Shown piece by piece: positions 62,836 through 64,000 of a DNA stretch of 64,000 nucleotides. How positions within the stretch are numbered: position 1 is the stretch's first letter; each line of letters begins with the position of its first letter. The notes beneath the pieces are model-generated. The model had not been told where the DNA came from. It searched no databases and was given only the letters and a program-made list of their open reading frames with translations. The DNA is from Oculina patagonica (taxonomy: Eukaryota): the NCBI RefSeq assembly GCF_052425735.1, contig NC_135766.1, positions 124,001 through 188,000 of the forward strand, read 5' to 3'. Made by a program: the position numbers and the translations under genes.

Positions 62836-62876
62836 TTTCAGAATGTTAGCGTTGGCCCAACGCTAACATTCTGAAA
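62836..62876. repeat. Perfect 41-bp inverted repeat
   Basis: tttcagaatgttagcgttgg-c-ccaacgctaacattctgaaa. Confidence 0.9.
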
Positions 62877-63707
62877 TTGGTCTGAATGAGAAATTTTGTA
62901 AAACGAGTTTCTTGAAGGTCAGCACTTGAAATACCCCAGAAGCCGTTTTGTTATGACGCACGAGAGTCAATAAAGCTGATTTGGAGCTTCATGCGAGAGT
63001 AAGATTCACAGCAAAATTTTAAATAAACCAAAGTTTAAGTGCCATGATATAAAACATGGACTTTAAGTGTATACAGCTGTGTTGTTTCGGGCCATTTAAC
63101 GCAGTGTGAACCAGAGTGGTTTGAGTTAAAGGCTTTTTAACGCAGCGTGAATTACAGAGTCATGTGGTTTTGGGTTCTATTCTGCCGTGTAAAGCAAAGT
63201 TGTGTCGATTTTGAACATTAAACCTACTGTGGAGCTCACAGTTCTGGTGGTGCTTAATGCAGCGCGAAGTACACACTACTAGCCTGGACAACCTCCTTGC
63301 AGTTTGCATAGTTTTTGTTCTTTTGTAGTACAAGGCATGCCTGGAAGCTAGCTATCTCAGCTGAAGCTAAGTACATGACCACTGCAAACAACGTTTTGAT
63401 AAACATCCATAGGTTTTAGTCTAAATTTCGGAGACGGACATTTTTGCTTGATGGGACTGCTTTTAAAGCGTTTAAAGACAGCTCGGATTAAAACCGTTGA
63501 TGTATGCAAGACAAGGGAAACCTTGGTATTTGTTTTGTGGGTCGGCACATTTGAAAAACATGGAAACTAGTTCTTCTCGTAATGGACTGTTTGTGCGGGT
63601 AACTTCTTTTTATAGGATGTTGGAGATAACAGTTCTGTGAGAATTGGACTTGAAGCTGAAGTGCATAGTTGTAAAAGTTGAACTCTGTTTGTTAATATAG
63701 TGGTAAA

Positions 63708-63843
63708 ATAGCGGAGCTCCCACGGCGCCGAAGGCGCCGCGTGCGGAGCATCCATACGCAGGCAAATGGTATCCTATCGAACCGAGAAATTTTGGTTGTC
63801 GCTACGTACGTAGGTACGCACGGAAGGCCTGGGGACGAGATTG
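63708..63843. mobile_element. Repeat fragment followed by a solo TIR resembling that of the 17652-20463 element
   Basis: GC-rich gcggagctcccacggcgccgaaggcgcc... then ggcctggggacgagattg (compare ggcctggggacgaggctg at 20446-20463). Confidence 0.4.
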
Positions 63844-64000
63844 CCCGTCCGTGGCTAAAGAAAAGTAAGGAAATACAAATAGCAAATAAAGCTCGCAAGG
63901 CAAGACAAAATGTACACAAGGGGTAAAATTACACAGCGATACTACACAGCAAAATATCTAAGAGGTTTATTATCCAACTTGTCTTATATTGTTAGTCTTA

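Overview
AT-rich, intron-containing eukaryotic DNA. The domain architectures and the repeat landscape suggest a cnidarian, probably a stony coral (inference, no search run). Genes reconstructed from splice signals and reading frames: (1) two tail-to-tail uromodulin-like D8C genes, one seen only as its terminal exon (321-685, +) and one complete 4-exon gene (SP-PAN/Apple-short collagen-NC1/FReD-like motif-EGF_CA-D8C; 4464-6862, -) with a GC-AG intron and a dead EGF exon; (2) four paralogous rhodopsin-like orphan GPCRs with single-exon CDSs, two intact (34947-35990 +, 51602-52750 -) and two disrupted (15921-17002 -, 60446-61528 -), all with atypical TM6/TM7 motifs; (3) an MS4A/CD20-like four-TM gene that the ORF track shows only as unconnected fragments (40721-49447, -), with premature stops cutting off a PPxY tail and possibly hosting GPCR3 in its first intron. 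The rest is dense in mobile DNA: a decayed Tx1/L1 LINE carrying a nested CORE-like SINE, L2/CR1 and RTE tails, many MITEs, a Crypton remnant, a 3.6-kb TTAA-flanked fold-back element, and a 2.8-kb element with a 9-bp TSD carrying an OTU/vertnin-like protease fragment. One assembly gap at 14881-15023. No rRNA, bona fide tRNA or CRISPR array was seen.
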